64,000 nt of DNA from an uncultured Gammaproteobacteria bacterium (lineage in GTDB: Bacteria > Patescibacteriota > Microgenomatia > UBA10105 > UBA927): assembly GCA_964629685.1 (NCBI GenBank), contig CAZVTT010000001.1:513319-577318 (forward strand), read 5' to 3'. The notes under the pieces were generated by a model, which saw nothing but the letters and a program-made list of their open reading frames with translations, made no database searches and was not told the origin of the DNA. Positions 48,939-57,748 of the stretch are shown here, one piece after another (the first letter of the stretch is position 1; each line of letters opens with the position of its first letter). The position numbers and the translations under genes are program-made.

Positions 48939-49601
48939 TTAGAAGGTAATAACTTTTTCCACAGGGAGATTATGAAAGGTAATACCCGGGAGGGGTTCAG
49001 AGCAAACAATTGTCATCTCTCGTTTTTTCGAAATTTTAAGTCCGTAGTAATCTGGGTAGGCAGCATATTGACAGTAAACCGAAAACTGTTCACCGTCAGA
49101 AACGCCTATATTTAAAGCCTGTACCGTTTGAGTGTGTTGCCGCAACTGATAAATAGTTTTTTCTAATGCCGTGTAGAGTGGGGCATCTGCAGTATTTTGA
49201 AGAAACAAGGACCGGATTTTTTGTGCACCAATCTGTCCGGAAAGCGGAGTAGAAAATTTTACGCCTTTTAGTAATCCGTTAAATACGAAAGCGTAAGAAT
49301 TGGCGGTGTACGGCTGATTATATTCCAAGTGACCTTTATCTTTCGCAAATGACGCACTTCTGGCATGTACTAAAAACATATTTGTAGCGGGAAAATCGGA
49401 AAACGCCGGTGTATCTTGCCAAACGGGTAACAATGAGGTGTAGGTTTTCCATGAATTATCGGCTCGTGAACAGATACCCCAGCCGTCACCTTGCCAGTCA
49501 CCGTCTAAGGCGCGACTGTTTTTTGCCATTTCCGCAAAACTTTTGAGTATTGTAGCCGGCTGAATAGGCTTGGTTGATTTTACTAACAAGAATCGACACA
49601 T
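48939..49601 (-). CDS. Class II glutamine amidotransferase (Ntn hydrolase, YafJ/EgtC-like) domain protein, last gene of the LysW operon
   Basis: N-terminal Met-Cys (Cys1 nucleophile), ...DGWG..., HARSAS (HxRxAT-type) motif. Confidence 0.6.
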   Translation of the reverse strand: MCRFLLVKSTKPIQPATILKSFAEMAKNSRALDGDWQGDGWGICSRADNSWKTYTSLLPVWQDTPAFSDFPATNMFLVHARSASFAKDKGHLEYNQPYTANSYAFVFNGLLKGVKFSTPLSGQIGAQKIRSLFLQNTADAPLYTALEKTIYQLRQHTQTVQALNIGVSDGEQFSVYCQYAAYPDYYGLKISKKREMTIVCSEPLPGITFHNLPVEKVITF

Positions 49602-49612
49602 AGGTGTATACC

Positions 49613-50770
49613 TTATACCAGTATTCGCTTAAGTGTGGCTACGGCACTATCAATTTCCCGTTTTTGAATTAAAAACGGCGGTAAAAATCTAATGACGGAG
49701 GCCCCGGCGGGAATCGCCAATATTTGTTCCTTCTGCATTTTTTTTAATATTTCATCCCGTTGTGACGTGAGTTCAATTCCTATCATTAATCCGACTCCGC
49801 GGACATCCGATATCAGCGGCGATGAAATCATTTTTAAAGCGTGAATAAAATATGTTCCCATTGTAACTACGTGATCTAATAGTGGTTCGTTAAGTAGTTC
49901 AAGCGTAGCTATGATTCCGGCACAGGCCAGCGGATTCCCTCCGAATGTGGACGTATGGATATGGCGGGGAATTTGTTCACCTATGGGAGTGGTTACTAAT
50001 GTAGCACCGACGGGAATTCCGCCTGCTAATCCTTTTCCTAGACACAGAATATCGGGATTAACATTATGTTGTTGTATTGCCAAAAATGTTCCGGTTCTGC
50101 CGCAGCCTGTTTGTATTTCGTCAATTATTAAAAGAATTCCGTTTTTGGTACAAAGCTCGCGAACGGCTTGCAAGTATTCCGCCGGAGGAGGATAAATTCC
50201 GCCTTCTCCCTGGACCGGTTCTAAAATAACCGCTGCTGTTTCCGGAGATATTGTTTCTGATAAAGACGTAATGTTTCCAAAGGGTATTCGATCAAATTGC
50301 CACAGCAAAGGCGTAAACGGCGCGGAATATTTCTCGCCACTCGTTGCGGAGAGTGCTCCTAAAGTTTTCCCGTGATAGCCGTGTTCGGCAACGATAAAAC
50401 GTTTTTTACCGCTGGCTAATACGGCAAATTTGAGTGCTGCTTCTATGGCTTCAGCGCCTGAATTGGAAAAATACACTTGCTTTAGTCCGGATCCGCAGCG
50501 TTTAATGAGCATTTTAGCTGCATTTGCCCGACTATCGTTTCCAAAGCTGCCGTGGAGGGTTACCAGTCGTGATAACTGCTGAGTAAGCGCCCGCATCAAG
50601 TCAGGATGAGAATGTCCAAGTATGGAAACGCCATAATTGCTCATTAAATCAAGATAACGGGTACCTTCAGTATCATAGAGATACATACCTTCACCCCGGA
50701 TAAAGCTGACGCCCCTGTTTACATAGACCGGTACGGTAAAATGTTGTTGAATAGGTAAAAATTCATCCAT
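49613..50770 (-). CDS. lysJ: Class III aminotransferase, acetylornithine/LysW-aminoadipate-semialdehyde aminotransferase (ArgD/LysJ)
   Basis: 385 aa; PLP fold-type I with the ArgD-family pattern (GHSHP, DEIQTGCGRTG, lysine in LGKGLAGG). Confidence 0.7.
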   Translation of the reverse strand: MDEFLPIQQHFTVPVYVNRGVSFIRGEGMYLYDTEGTRYLDLMSNYGVSILGHSHPDLMRALTQQLSRLVTLHGSFGNDSRANAAKMLIKRCGSGLKQVYFSNSGAEAIEAALKFAVLASGKKRFIVAEHGYHGKTLGALSATSGEKYSAPFTPLLWQFDRIPFGNITSLSETISPETAAVILEPVQGEGGIYPPPAEYLQAVRELCTKNGILLIIDEIQTGCGRTGTFLAIQQHNVNPDILCLGKGLAGGIPVGATLVTTPIGEQIPRHIHTSTFGGNPLACAGIIATLELLNEPLLDHVVTMGTYFIHALKMISSPLISDVRGVGLMIGIELTSQRDEILKKMQKEQILAIPAGASVIRFLPPFLIQKREIDSAVATLKRILV

Positions 50771-50772
50771 AG

Positions 50773-51573
50773 TTAAGAAATTACGGTACCGGCTCCCTTG
50801 AGGGCTTGTTCAATCGGATGCGGTACGCGTCCATCTCCCCAATAAATAGTTTTAACTCCCATCTCTAAGGCTTTTTTTGCACCTAATATTTTCTTTTTCA
50901 TACGTCCCTGAGCAAATGTCAGATAATTATCCAAATCTTCTTTGGGAATATGCGGAATAATGCTGGTAGGATCCGAAACGTCCCGGAGTAGCCCCGGGGC
51001 TTCAAAGAGATAAACAACGGATTCTACGTGCATGTGCCCTGCCATAACTGCTACCGCCCAGTCATTGTCCGTATTTACAATTGCACAGGCTGGCGTAATT
51101 GCGGGAGGTGCAATTACCGGTGTGTAGCCTCCGGAAATAAGTAACTGAATCAGTTCCGTATTTACGTGTTCCACTCTCCCTGTAAGGTTTCCCGTAAGTA
51201 ATTTCGTTTTGGTACCGTCCTGAATTAATACATCCGGTTTATGTTTTGCTTCCCACAATCGTCCGTCAACACCGCAGAGGCCTACAGCATTTACGGTATG
51301 AGCTTGCAGTTTCGCCACGATCGTTTTATTTACAAGTCCGGCGTAGACCATTAAAAATATATCCAATGCCTGTTTATCGGTATATACACTGCTTATTCCT
51401 GAAGGAGAGGTGATTGTTCTGGTGGGGGCCTGTAACTTTACTGCAATTTCATCCCGGATTGCCCCTGCACCATGTACCAGTATCAGGGGTTCTTTCTTTA
51501 CCAGTTCGGCCACATCTTCCGCGATGTAGTCCCAATTAATGTGTATTCCGCCTCCTGCTTTAATTATAATCAT
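50773..51573 (-). CDS. lysZ: Amino-acid kinase family, [LysW]-aminoadipate / acetylglutamate kinase (LysZ/ArgB)
   Basis: 266 aa; IIKAGG N-terminus, VHGAG, AAK fold. Confidence 0.7.
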   Translation of the reverse strand: MIIIKAGGGIHINWDYIAEDVAELVKKEPLILVHGAGAIRDEIAVKLQAPTRTITSPSGISSVYTDKQALDIFLMVYAGLVNKTIVAKLQAHTVNAVGLCGVDGRLWEAKHKPDVLIQDGTKTKLLTGNLTGRVEHVNTELIQLLISGGYTPVIAPPAITPACAIVNTDNDWAVAVMAGHMHVESVVYLFEAPGLLRDVSDPTSIIPHIPKEDLDNYLTFAQGRMKKKILGAKKALEMGVKTIYWGDGRVPHPIEQALKGAGTVIS

Positions 51574-52589
51574 AGATGTATTGCTGCAATCACTGCATCT
51601 GTAAATTCACGTGTTCCCACGGTTCCGTTTAAATCCTGAGTAAGTATTTCTGACTTAATTGTATCTATCAATGCTTTTCTGATGGCGTCTGCAATTTTTT
51701 GTTGTTTAAGATAGTCCAGCAGTAAACACCCTGCCAGAATGGCAGCGGTCGGATTGGCAATATTTAAACCGGTATACTTTGGAGCAGAACCATGAACAGG
51801 TTCAAAGAGCGCAAATTTTTGCCCGATATTCGCCGAAGCCGCGACACCTAGTCCTCCGACTAAACCAGCCGCTTCGTCGGAAAGGATATCTCCGAACATG
51901 TTTGTGGTTACAAGTACATCGAATACTTCAGGTTTACGAACAAGTTGCAGTGCACAGGCATCAACGAGCATATCTTCAAACAGAATATCCGGATACTGTT
52001 CCGCTACTGCTCGGGCTTCTGAAAGGAAGAGACCATCACTTAACCGTAAGACGTTGGCTTTATGTATTGCTGTTACTTTTTTCCTCCCTAATAACCTGGC
52101 AGTCTCAAATGCGTACGTTACGATCCGGCTACTGGCTGTTTTGGTAATTATTCGTTCTGCCGAGTATCCATCGGGAATTTCATGTTCTACACCCGTATAC
52201 AGGTCTTCTGTATTTTCCCGTACCAGGAGGATATCAACGTTTCTCCTGGATTCAGGAATGGGGAGAGACCGGAATGGACGCAGATTTGCAAACAGATCCA
52301 ACTCTTTGCGGATGCGGACAATGGGACTAAAATATCCCGCGATGTTTGGTGGAGAAGTAACGGCACCAAATAATATCGCATCGGCTTTTTTACAGGTATC
52401 AATGGTTGATTCCGGGAGGGGGGATCCGTATTTCTGATAGGCAGCATACCCGGCTTCCGCTTCAATTATATCGTGAGAAAATTTAACTGCCCGGAAAACC
52501 CGCAGCACCTCCCTGATAACTTCCGGACCAATACCGTCTCCACCGATAATACAAAGCAGCGGGATATTGCTAAGTTTTGTTTTGATCAT
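51570..52589 (-). CDS. Isocitrate/isopropylmalate dehydrogenase family, probable homoisocitrate dehydrogenase
   Basis: 339 aa; IGGDGIGPEV N-terminus, NLFGDILSDEAA signature. Confidence 0.7.
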   Translation of the reverse strand: MIKTKLSNIPLLCIIGGDGIGPEVIREVLRVFRAVKFSHDIIEAEAGYAAYQKYGSPLPESTIDTCKKADAILFGAVTSPPNIAGYFSPIVRIRKELDLFANLRPFRSLPIPESRRNVDILLVRENTEDLYTGVEHEIPDGYSAERIITKTASSRIVTYAFETARLLGRKKVTAIHKANVLRLSDGLFLSEARAVAEQYPDILFEDMLVDACALQLVRKPEVFDVLVTTNMFGDILSDEAAGLVGGLGVAASANIGQKFALFEPVHGSAPKYTGLNIANPTAAILAGCLLLDYLKQQKIADAIRKALIDTIKSEILTQDLNGTVGTREFTDAVIAAIHL

Positions 52590-52596
52590 AGTGCGT

Positions 52597-53088
52597 TTAT
52601 GAAAATAATATTCCGATGGAATCTAACCCGTATTTCTGAATATGGGAAATAATACCGCCCTCTTCATGCAGCTTAAGCATAATAGTCGGCATAGAAGCAG
52701 CAATCGTTTTCTTTTTAGTGCTATTTTTAATTTTTTGAACGTCGAATAGGAGCTCAAGTTTATCGTGCGCTGAGATGCCTGAAGTATCAGCAACTACGGC
52801 CAGTAAACCCTGGTTTAAGCAATTGCGGTAAAATATTCTGGCGAACGACGGTGCGATTACCGCAGTGATACCGGAGTAGGCAAGTGCAGTTACTGCCGTT
52901 TCCCGTGAAGAGCCGCACCCAAAGTTTTTTCCTCCAATAACGAAGTCTCCGGGCGTAACATTTTTTGAAAATTCCGGACAATGTTCGATGAATGCAATTT
53001 TGGCTAATTCCTTGGGATCAGTCGTTATATTAAACCTGCCAGGTGTAATCAGATCAGTATTAATGTTATCCCCAAATATCCAATTCAT
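52597..53088 (-). CDS. 3-isopropylmalate/homoaconitate dehydratase small subunit (archaeal-type LeuD, 163 aa)
   Basis: NIDTDLITPGRF, GKNFGCGSSRE motifs; short LeuD-like form typical of HACN small subunits. Confidence 0.75.
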   Translation of the reverse strand: MNWIFGDNINTDLITPGRFNITTDPKELAKIAFIEHCPEFSKNVTPGDFVIGGKNFGCGSSRETAVTALAYSGITAVIAPSFARIFYRNCLNQGLLAVVADTSGISAHDKLELLFDVQKIKNSTKKKTIAASMPTIMLKLHEEGGIISHIQKYGLDSIGILFS

Positions 53089-53092
53089 AGTA

Positions 53093-54352
53093 TTAATTCA
53101 GAAAATGCCGCGGGTCAGTAATATATCCGTTTATAGCTGTTGCCGCTGCCGTAGCAGGGCTGGCAAGGTAGATGAATGCTTTGGCACTCCCCATCCTGCC
53201 GGTAAAGTTTCTGTTTGAGGTGGAAACACACACTTCGTTATCGAACAGAACTCCGCCATGTCTGCCCAGGCATGGTCCGCATCCCGGCGTCGTCAGAATG
53301 GCGCCGATTTTTGTAAAGAATTCTACGTATCCTTTTTTCAGAGCTTGCATGTAGACGAGTTTTGAAGCCGGTGTGATGATTACCCGGGTATCTCCTGCTA
53401 ACTTCTGCCCTTGCCACATAGCATATACCACGTCTAAATCTTCTATCCGACAATTCGTACATGATCCGATAAATACCTGATCCACATGAATCCGGCGTTT
53501 TTCTACAGCTCTTACTGTGGTGACCTTGTCGATATCGGGTGGTTCCGCAATAAGTGGTTCCAGTGAGTCAACGGTATATGACAATACATCCGCATAGGCG
53601 GCATTTTTGTCACTGGAGAGTTCTTGTGCGTCAAATGCGAAAGGTCGGTTATTTTGGTTCAGATAGTGTCTTGTTTGATCGTCAGGTGCCACAATTGCCG
53701 CTTTTGCTCCCATTTCCGCGGACATATTGGTTAACGTTAATCTTGCCGGAACCGAAAAAGAATTTACGGTATCGCCGCCATATTCCAATACGCGATAGTT
53801 TCCGCCTTCCGGTCCTAATTTTTGTGCTACCATCAACACAACATCTTTCGAAAATACTCCCGGAGCTAACGTTCCGTTAATATTTATCCTGATTGTTGCC
53901 GGAACTTTAAACCAGGCTTTACCGCTAGCCATGGCAATGGCCGCGTCCGTAGAACCGACACCAATGGTGAGTGCACCTAATCCTCCCCCTGTAGGGGTAT
54001 GAGAGTCTGCTCCTAAAACTAAAAATCCTGGATTAATGTACCGTTCACTTAAAAGCTGATGACACACGCCGTCAACGGTAATGGGAATTCCTTGTTCTTT
54101 TGCAAATGCCCGAATTTTTGCCTGTAAACCAGCCATTTGTACGTTCGGTGCCGGAAATGCATGATCGAACGGAATGAATATTTTATCTTTATTCCAGACT
54201 TTTTTGGCAATTTGATAAAAAGGTTCAATAGCCCAAGCGCAAGTCGTGTCATGAGCCATTACCAAATCGAGGTCTGCCACGACAAAGTCACCGGCGTAAA
54301 CTTTCTTACCGGTATGTTTGGAGAATATTTTTTCGGCGATGGTTTGCTTCAT
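53093..54352 (-). CDS. 3-isopropylmalate/homoaconitate dehydratase large subunit (LeuC-like aconitase family)
   Basis: 419 aa; aconitase Fe-S cysteines (CHQ..., GSCTN, GCGPC). Confidence 0.8.
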   Translation of the reverse strand: MKQTIAEKIFSKHTGKKVYAGDFVVADLDLVMAHDTTCAWAIEPFYQIAKKVWNKDKIFIPFDHAFPAPNVQMAGLQAKIRAFAKEQGIPITVDGVCHQLLSERYINPGFLVLGADSHTPTGGGLGALTIGVGSTDAAIAMASGKAWFKVPATIRININGTLAPGVFSKDVVLMVAQKLGPEGGNYRVLEYGGDTVNSFSVPARLTLTNMSAEMGAKAAIVAPDDQTRHYLNQNNRPFAFDAQELSSDKNAAYADVLSYTVDSLEPLIAEPPDIDKVTTVRAVEKRRIHVDQVFIGSCTNCRIEDLDVVYAMWQGQKLAGDTRVIITPASKLVYMQALKKGYVEFFTKIGAILTTPGCGPCLGRHGGVLFDNEVCVSTSNRNFTGRMGSAKAFIYLASPATAAATAINGYITDPRHFLN

Positions 54353-54353
54353 A

Positions 54354-55592
54354 TTACGGTAGGTGTTCTAAACGTTGTTCTAAAAATTGTGGTTGGGAAA
54401 CTATAGGAGGTATATTATGACGCGACACCACTTCCGATAGCAGTGCGTCGGGTGTATAGAGTCTGTTAATCTTTTCGGTTTGACTTTTAAATTCCTGTGC
54501 GATTACTTTAGCCTGCCCAGGGTCTACATCATAATATTTTACTTCCCGCAGGTAGTAATAAATGAGATTCCAACCGGATAGTGGACCGAGTAACAATTCA
54601 TGCTTGGTAATGCCAAAATTAGACAGATCATGTGCTTCATATACACTGGTATCATTTAAAACTGCTTTTTGGTGTACGCCGGCAGTATGAGTTCTGTTTG
54701 TAAGTGATACCGGTTCCATGGCCGGAACATGTAAGTTCAGAATAGAACCCATTAATACGTTTATGGGGTAACAGAGTAACAGATTGAACGTTTTGCAATA
54801 ATCAGGATCCTCGTGGAACAAGTTAAAGAGTAATCCGGTAAGTGAAGTAATTCCTGATCGTTCGGCGAGTCCCCAAATAGAGGTATCTATATACGATGCT
54901 CCGGATAATACTGCCGTTACAGAATTTATGAGTGCGTAACCACGGTCGTTATGGAAATGACATTCAATGTCATGATTCGGATATCGTGTTGCGAGTGCGG
55001 TAACCCGTTCAGTTACCTGTCTTGGTGTAGCCGTTCCAACGGTATCCGGCATTCCGAATGTCTGTACGTAGTCCTGCGCCATGTCATAGACGCGAAACAC
55101 ATGGTCAATTGGTGTACGGAAAAAATCTTCTACGGAGAATCTTATATAGAGTTTGGGATTATTTTCCCGGATTTTTTTTAAGAGCTGTTGGGTTTTGGCC
55201 AAAACTTCAGTAAAAGAAAGGCCATGACTATTCTGTTGGGCCCGTTTATGAATTCCAATGTATATGTTTAAACCGTCAAAACCTGCTGCTAATGCCTGTT
55301 CTATATCCCGCTCATCACATCGGACGTGTGCGAGTAACGTTACATGATCGCGCTGGATAGTACGGATATATTGCTTTAGCGCTAAAAAATCTTTTCCTTC
55401 CGCTTTGCCCACGATGGGGGAGAATAACTCGAGGTGCCGAACGCCAAGTTGGATAAGTCCGTTTACCAATGATTTTTTATCTTCAAGCGTAAAACGGTAT
55501 TTTTGGGAATCGAAAAGTAACGGTGATTGTTGACCATCCCGAAGTGTAGTATCTATAACTCCTTTAAATCTAGTAGTAAATTTCTGTGGCAT
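54354..55592 (-). CDS. Homocitrate synthase / 2-isopropylmalate synthase family (short form lacking the LeuA regulatory domain)
   Basis: 412 aa; DTTLRDGQQ TIM-barrel N-terminus, HxH metal motif (HFHND). Confidence 0.7.
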   Translation of the reverse strand: MPQKFTTRFKGVIDTTLRDGQQSPLLFDSQKYRFTLEDKKSLVNGLIQLGVRHLELFSPIVGKAEGKDFLALKQYIRTIQRDHVTLLAHVRCDERDIEQALAAGFDGLNIYIGIHKRAQQNSHGLSFTEVLAKTQQLLKKIRENNPKLYIRFSVEDFFRTPIDHVFRVYDMAQDYVQTFGMPDTVGTATPRQVTERVTALATRYPNHDIECHFHNDRGYALINSVTAVLSGASYIDTSIWGLAERSGITSLTGLLFNLFHEDPDYCKTFNLLLCYPINVLMGSILNLHVPAMEPVSLTNRTHTAGVHQKAVLNDTSVYEAHDLSNFGITKHELLLGPLSGWNLIYYYLREVKYYDVDPGQAKVIAQEFKSQTEKINRLYTPDALLSEVVSRHNIPPIVSQPQFLEQRLEHLP

Positions 55593-55593
55593 A

Positions 55594-56631
55594 TTATACC
55601 GGGTGTAGTCCCGGAAATGTGAGTCCTGTTTGTTCCGGAAAGCCGCACATTAAATTCATTGCTTGTACTGCCTGACCGGCTGTGCCTTTTACTAAATTAT
55701 CTATGGCCGCAATAATGACTAAACGTTGCATTTTTGAATCAAGTTCAAAACCTATATCACAAAAATTAGTACCAGCCAGAATTTTTGGTTCCGGATAGCG
55801 GTAGATACCCTGTTGTTCTTTGACTATTCTGATAAACGGTTCTTTTCCGTAATATTCGCGGTATGCTTTCCAAATATCTTTTTCCGTAACACCGGATTTG
55901 GGAACTGCATGAATGGTGACCAGTAGTCCGCGTACCATGTCCAAAGCAGTAGCTGAAATACCTACGGCAAAATTATCCGGTAACTGTAATTCCTGACGAA
56001 TTTCAGCCGTATGTCTGTGACCGGTTGGCATATATGAGCGTACTGAACCGGATCGTTCGGGATGATGAGATGCAAGCGAAAAATGCATTCCACCTTGTGA
56101 ACTGCTCATTTTAGCGTCAATAATTACCGAATTCTCCAGTAAGTTGTGCTGTATTAAGGGATATAACGATAAGATTGATACCGTAGCTTCACACCCCCCA
56201 CAGGAAACGTATTTAGCGTTTTTTATTTGTTCCCGATGCAGTTCGGCTATACCGTAGACAAATTTGGGAAGAAGGTCCGGTGCTGTATGTGGTTCGTGAT
56301 ACCACGAAGTAAAAATATCAGCATTATGTAAACGAAAATCTGCCCCTAAATCTATAATCATTCCGGCTTTTTTTTGCAGTTCCGGCATAATATGCATAGA
56401 TTGTCCGTTGGGGAGCGCCACAAAGAGCATATCGCATGGTGCCAATTTATCGGGATGAATAAAATTAAGCTGGGTGATTTTTCGCAGGTTCGGATGAACA
56501 CTCGATAGCGGTTTGCCGGCGAACTGTCTGGATGTAACTTCTGCAATGGTAACTTCGGGGTGTTGGATAAGTAAGCGGATTATTTCCCCGCCTGCGTAAC
56601 CGGAACCCCCAAGTATGGAAACGGTTTTCAT
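55594..56631 (-). CDS. lysY: N-acetyl-gamma-glutamyl-phosphate / [LysW]-aminoadipyl-phosphate reductase (ArgC/LysY)
   Basis: MKTVSILGGSGYAGGE NAD(P)-binding N-terminus; catalytic Cys in SCGGCEAT. Confidence 0.8.
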   Translation of the reverse strand: MKTVSILGGSGYAGGEIIRLLIQHPEVTIAEVTSRQFAGKPLSSVHPNLRKITQLNFIHPDKLAPCDMLFVALPNGQSMHIMPELQKKAGMIIDLGADFRLHNADIFTSWYHEPHTAPDLLPKFVYGIAELHREQIKNAKYVSCGGCEATVSILSLYPLIQHNLLENSVIIDAKMSSSQGGMHFSLASHHPERSGSVRSYMPTGHRHTAEIRQELQLPDNFAVGISATALDMVRGLLVTIHAVPKSGVTEKDIWKAYREYYGKEPFIRIVKEQQGIYRYPEPKILAGTNFCDIGFELDSKMQRLVIIAAIDNLVKGTAGQAVQAMNLMCGFPEQTGLTFPGLHPV

Positions 56632-56640
56632 ATAAATTTT

Positions 56641-57483
56641 TTATTTGGCCTGAGTAATACAGTAATCTACAATCGCACCTGAAATGCTGACTCCGGTAGG
56701 GGCTTCCGAATTTTTAAATTCCATGGTGTGATTTATTTCATTAATACTTAATCCCTTATCCGTTTCAAATACATCCATTGCCAAAATACCGCCGCCCACG
56801 GCTCGGGATGCTTTGCTGCAAATTTCGGAAAGCTCTTTCGTTACGGGACAATTACTGGCTACACCACCTCGGGCTGTATTGGTAATCCAATGTTCCGAAT
56901 CCCGGTATATGGCACAAATTGTTTTTCCGTTAATGACAAATGCACGGATATCTCTACCGGGTTTGCGGATATAAGCCTGCAGGTAATAGGCTTTCTGTTG
57001 TGGAGATCCGAGCGTGTCTTTGTGTTCTATTAGCGCTTCAAGGGCTTCCCGATCGTTTACTTTGGCGAGCATTCTACCCCATGATCCCAGAGCTGGTTTT
57101 AACACAATGGGAAATCCTCCCATGCGTTCTATTGCTGTAATGGCTTCTTCCAGGGTGAATACCATGGCAAAATCAGGCGTCAGGACGTTATGTTTGCGCA
57201 ATACAAGTGAGGTTACGAATTTGTCTTCACAGACGGTGGCCACAGATGAAGGGTTAATGACCGGAATCCCGAGAGATTCAAAATATCTGATGGCATAATC
57301 ACCTTTAACCGTAGATACTGACCGTTCAAGTGCAACATGAATTCCCGTAACCGGATAACTAGGGTCAAAAATCATAGTGCGGATATCCATTAACTTCACG
57401 GATACTCCGCGCTGTTTTGCCGCGTCGAGAATTAATTTTTCATCCCCACGGATAGTGGAATGGAGAAGACCGATGGTCGTCAT
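56641..57483 (-). CDS. lysX: RimK-family ATP-grasp ligase, alpha-aminoadipate/glutamate--LysW ligase (LysX/ArgX)
   Basis: ATP-grasp pattern (PIVLKPALGSWGR...); start placed at MTTIGLL just after the lysW stop (track ORF starts 4 codons earlier). Confidence 0.7.
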   Translation of the reverse strand: MTTIGLLHSTIRGDEKLILDAAKQRGVSVKLMDIRTMIFDPSYPVTGIHVALERSVSTVKGDYAIRYFESLGIPVINPSSVATVCEDKFVTSLVLRKHNVLTPDFAMVFTLEEAITAIERMGGFPIVLKPALGSWGRMLAKVNDREALEALIEHKDTLGSPQQKAYYLQAYIRKPGRDIRAFVINGKTICAIYRDSEHWITNTARGGVASNCPVTKELSEICSKASRAVGGGILAMDVFETDKGLSINEINHTMEFKNSEAPTGVSISGAIVDYCITQAK

Positions 57484-57487
57484 ATTG

Positions 57488-57661
57488 TTATTCACCCCAA
57501 TCTTCTTCTATAGCCGGTGCCTGTGAAAGGACAGCGGATCCGCCGGTGATACCGGATATTACCAAGCGTGTTTGACATTCAGCACAGCTGATAATTTCCG
57601 ATACTTCAACATTGGCAGCTAATGCCACTTCCCCGTCACAGATAGGACAATTACTTTTCAT
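57488..57661 (-). CDS. lysW: Amino-group carrier protein LysW (57 aa); absent from the ORF track
   Basis: MKSNCPICDGEV...SCAECQTRL... zinc-ribbon CxxC...CxxC and C-terminal EDWGE motif diagnostic of LysW/ArgW; lies directly upstream of lysX. Confidence 0.7.
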   Translation of the reverse strand: MKSNCPICDGEVALAANVEVSEIISCAECQTRLVISGITGGSAVLSQAPAIEEDWGE

Positions 57662-57669
57662 ATGCAGGG

Positions 57670-57742
57670 ATTATTTCCGATAGACACCAGGAAGTCAAAA
57701 AAAACTAATTAATTGACAAAAAATAAATAAAAGTGTTAAAAT
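57670..57742. promoter_or_regulatory. Back-to-back divergent sigma70-like promoters predicting leaderless transcripts
   Basis: Minus strand: TTGACT (57693-57698), 17-nt spacer, AATAAT (57670-57675), ATG 9 nt later. Plus strand: TTGACA (57713-57718), 18-nt spacer, TGtTAAAAT (57734-57742), ATG at 57749. No SD before either ATG. Confidence 0.35.
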
Positions 57743-57748
57743 ATTAAC

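Noticed and set aside
51898-52437. 179-aa and 122-aa plus-strand ORFs inside the dehydrogenase gene of the lys operon
   Set aside because: They are antisense to a conserved IDH/IPMDH-family gene in a tightly packed operon, with no motifs and no ribosome-binding site.
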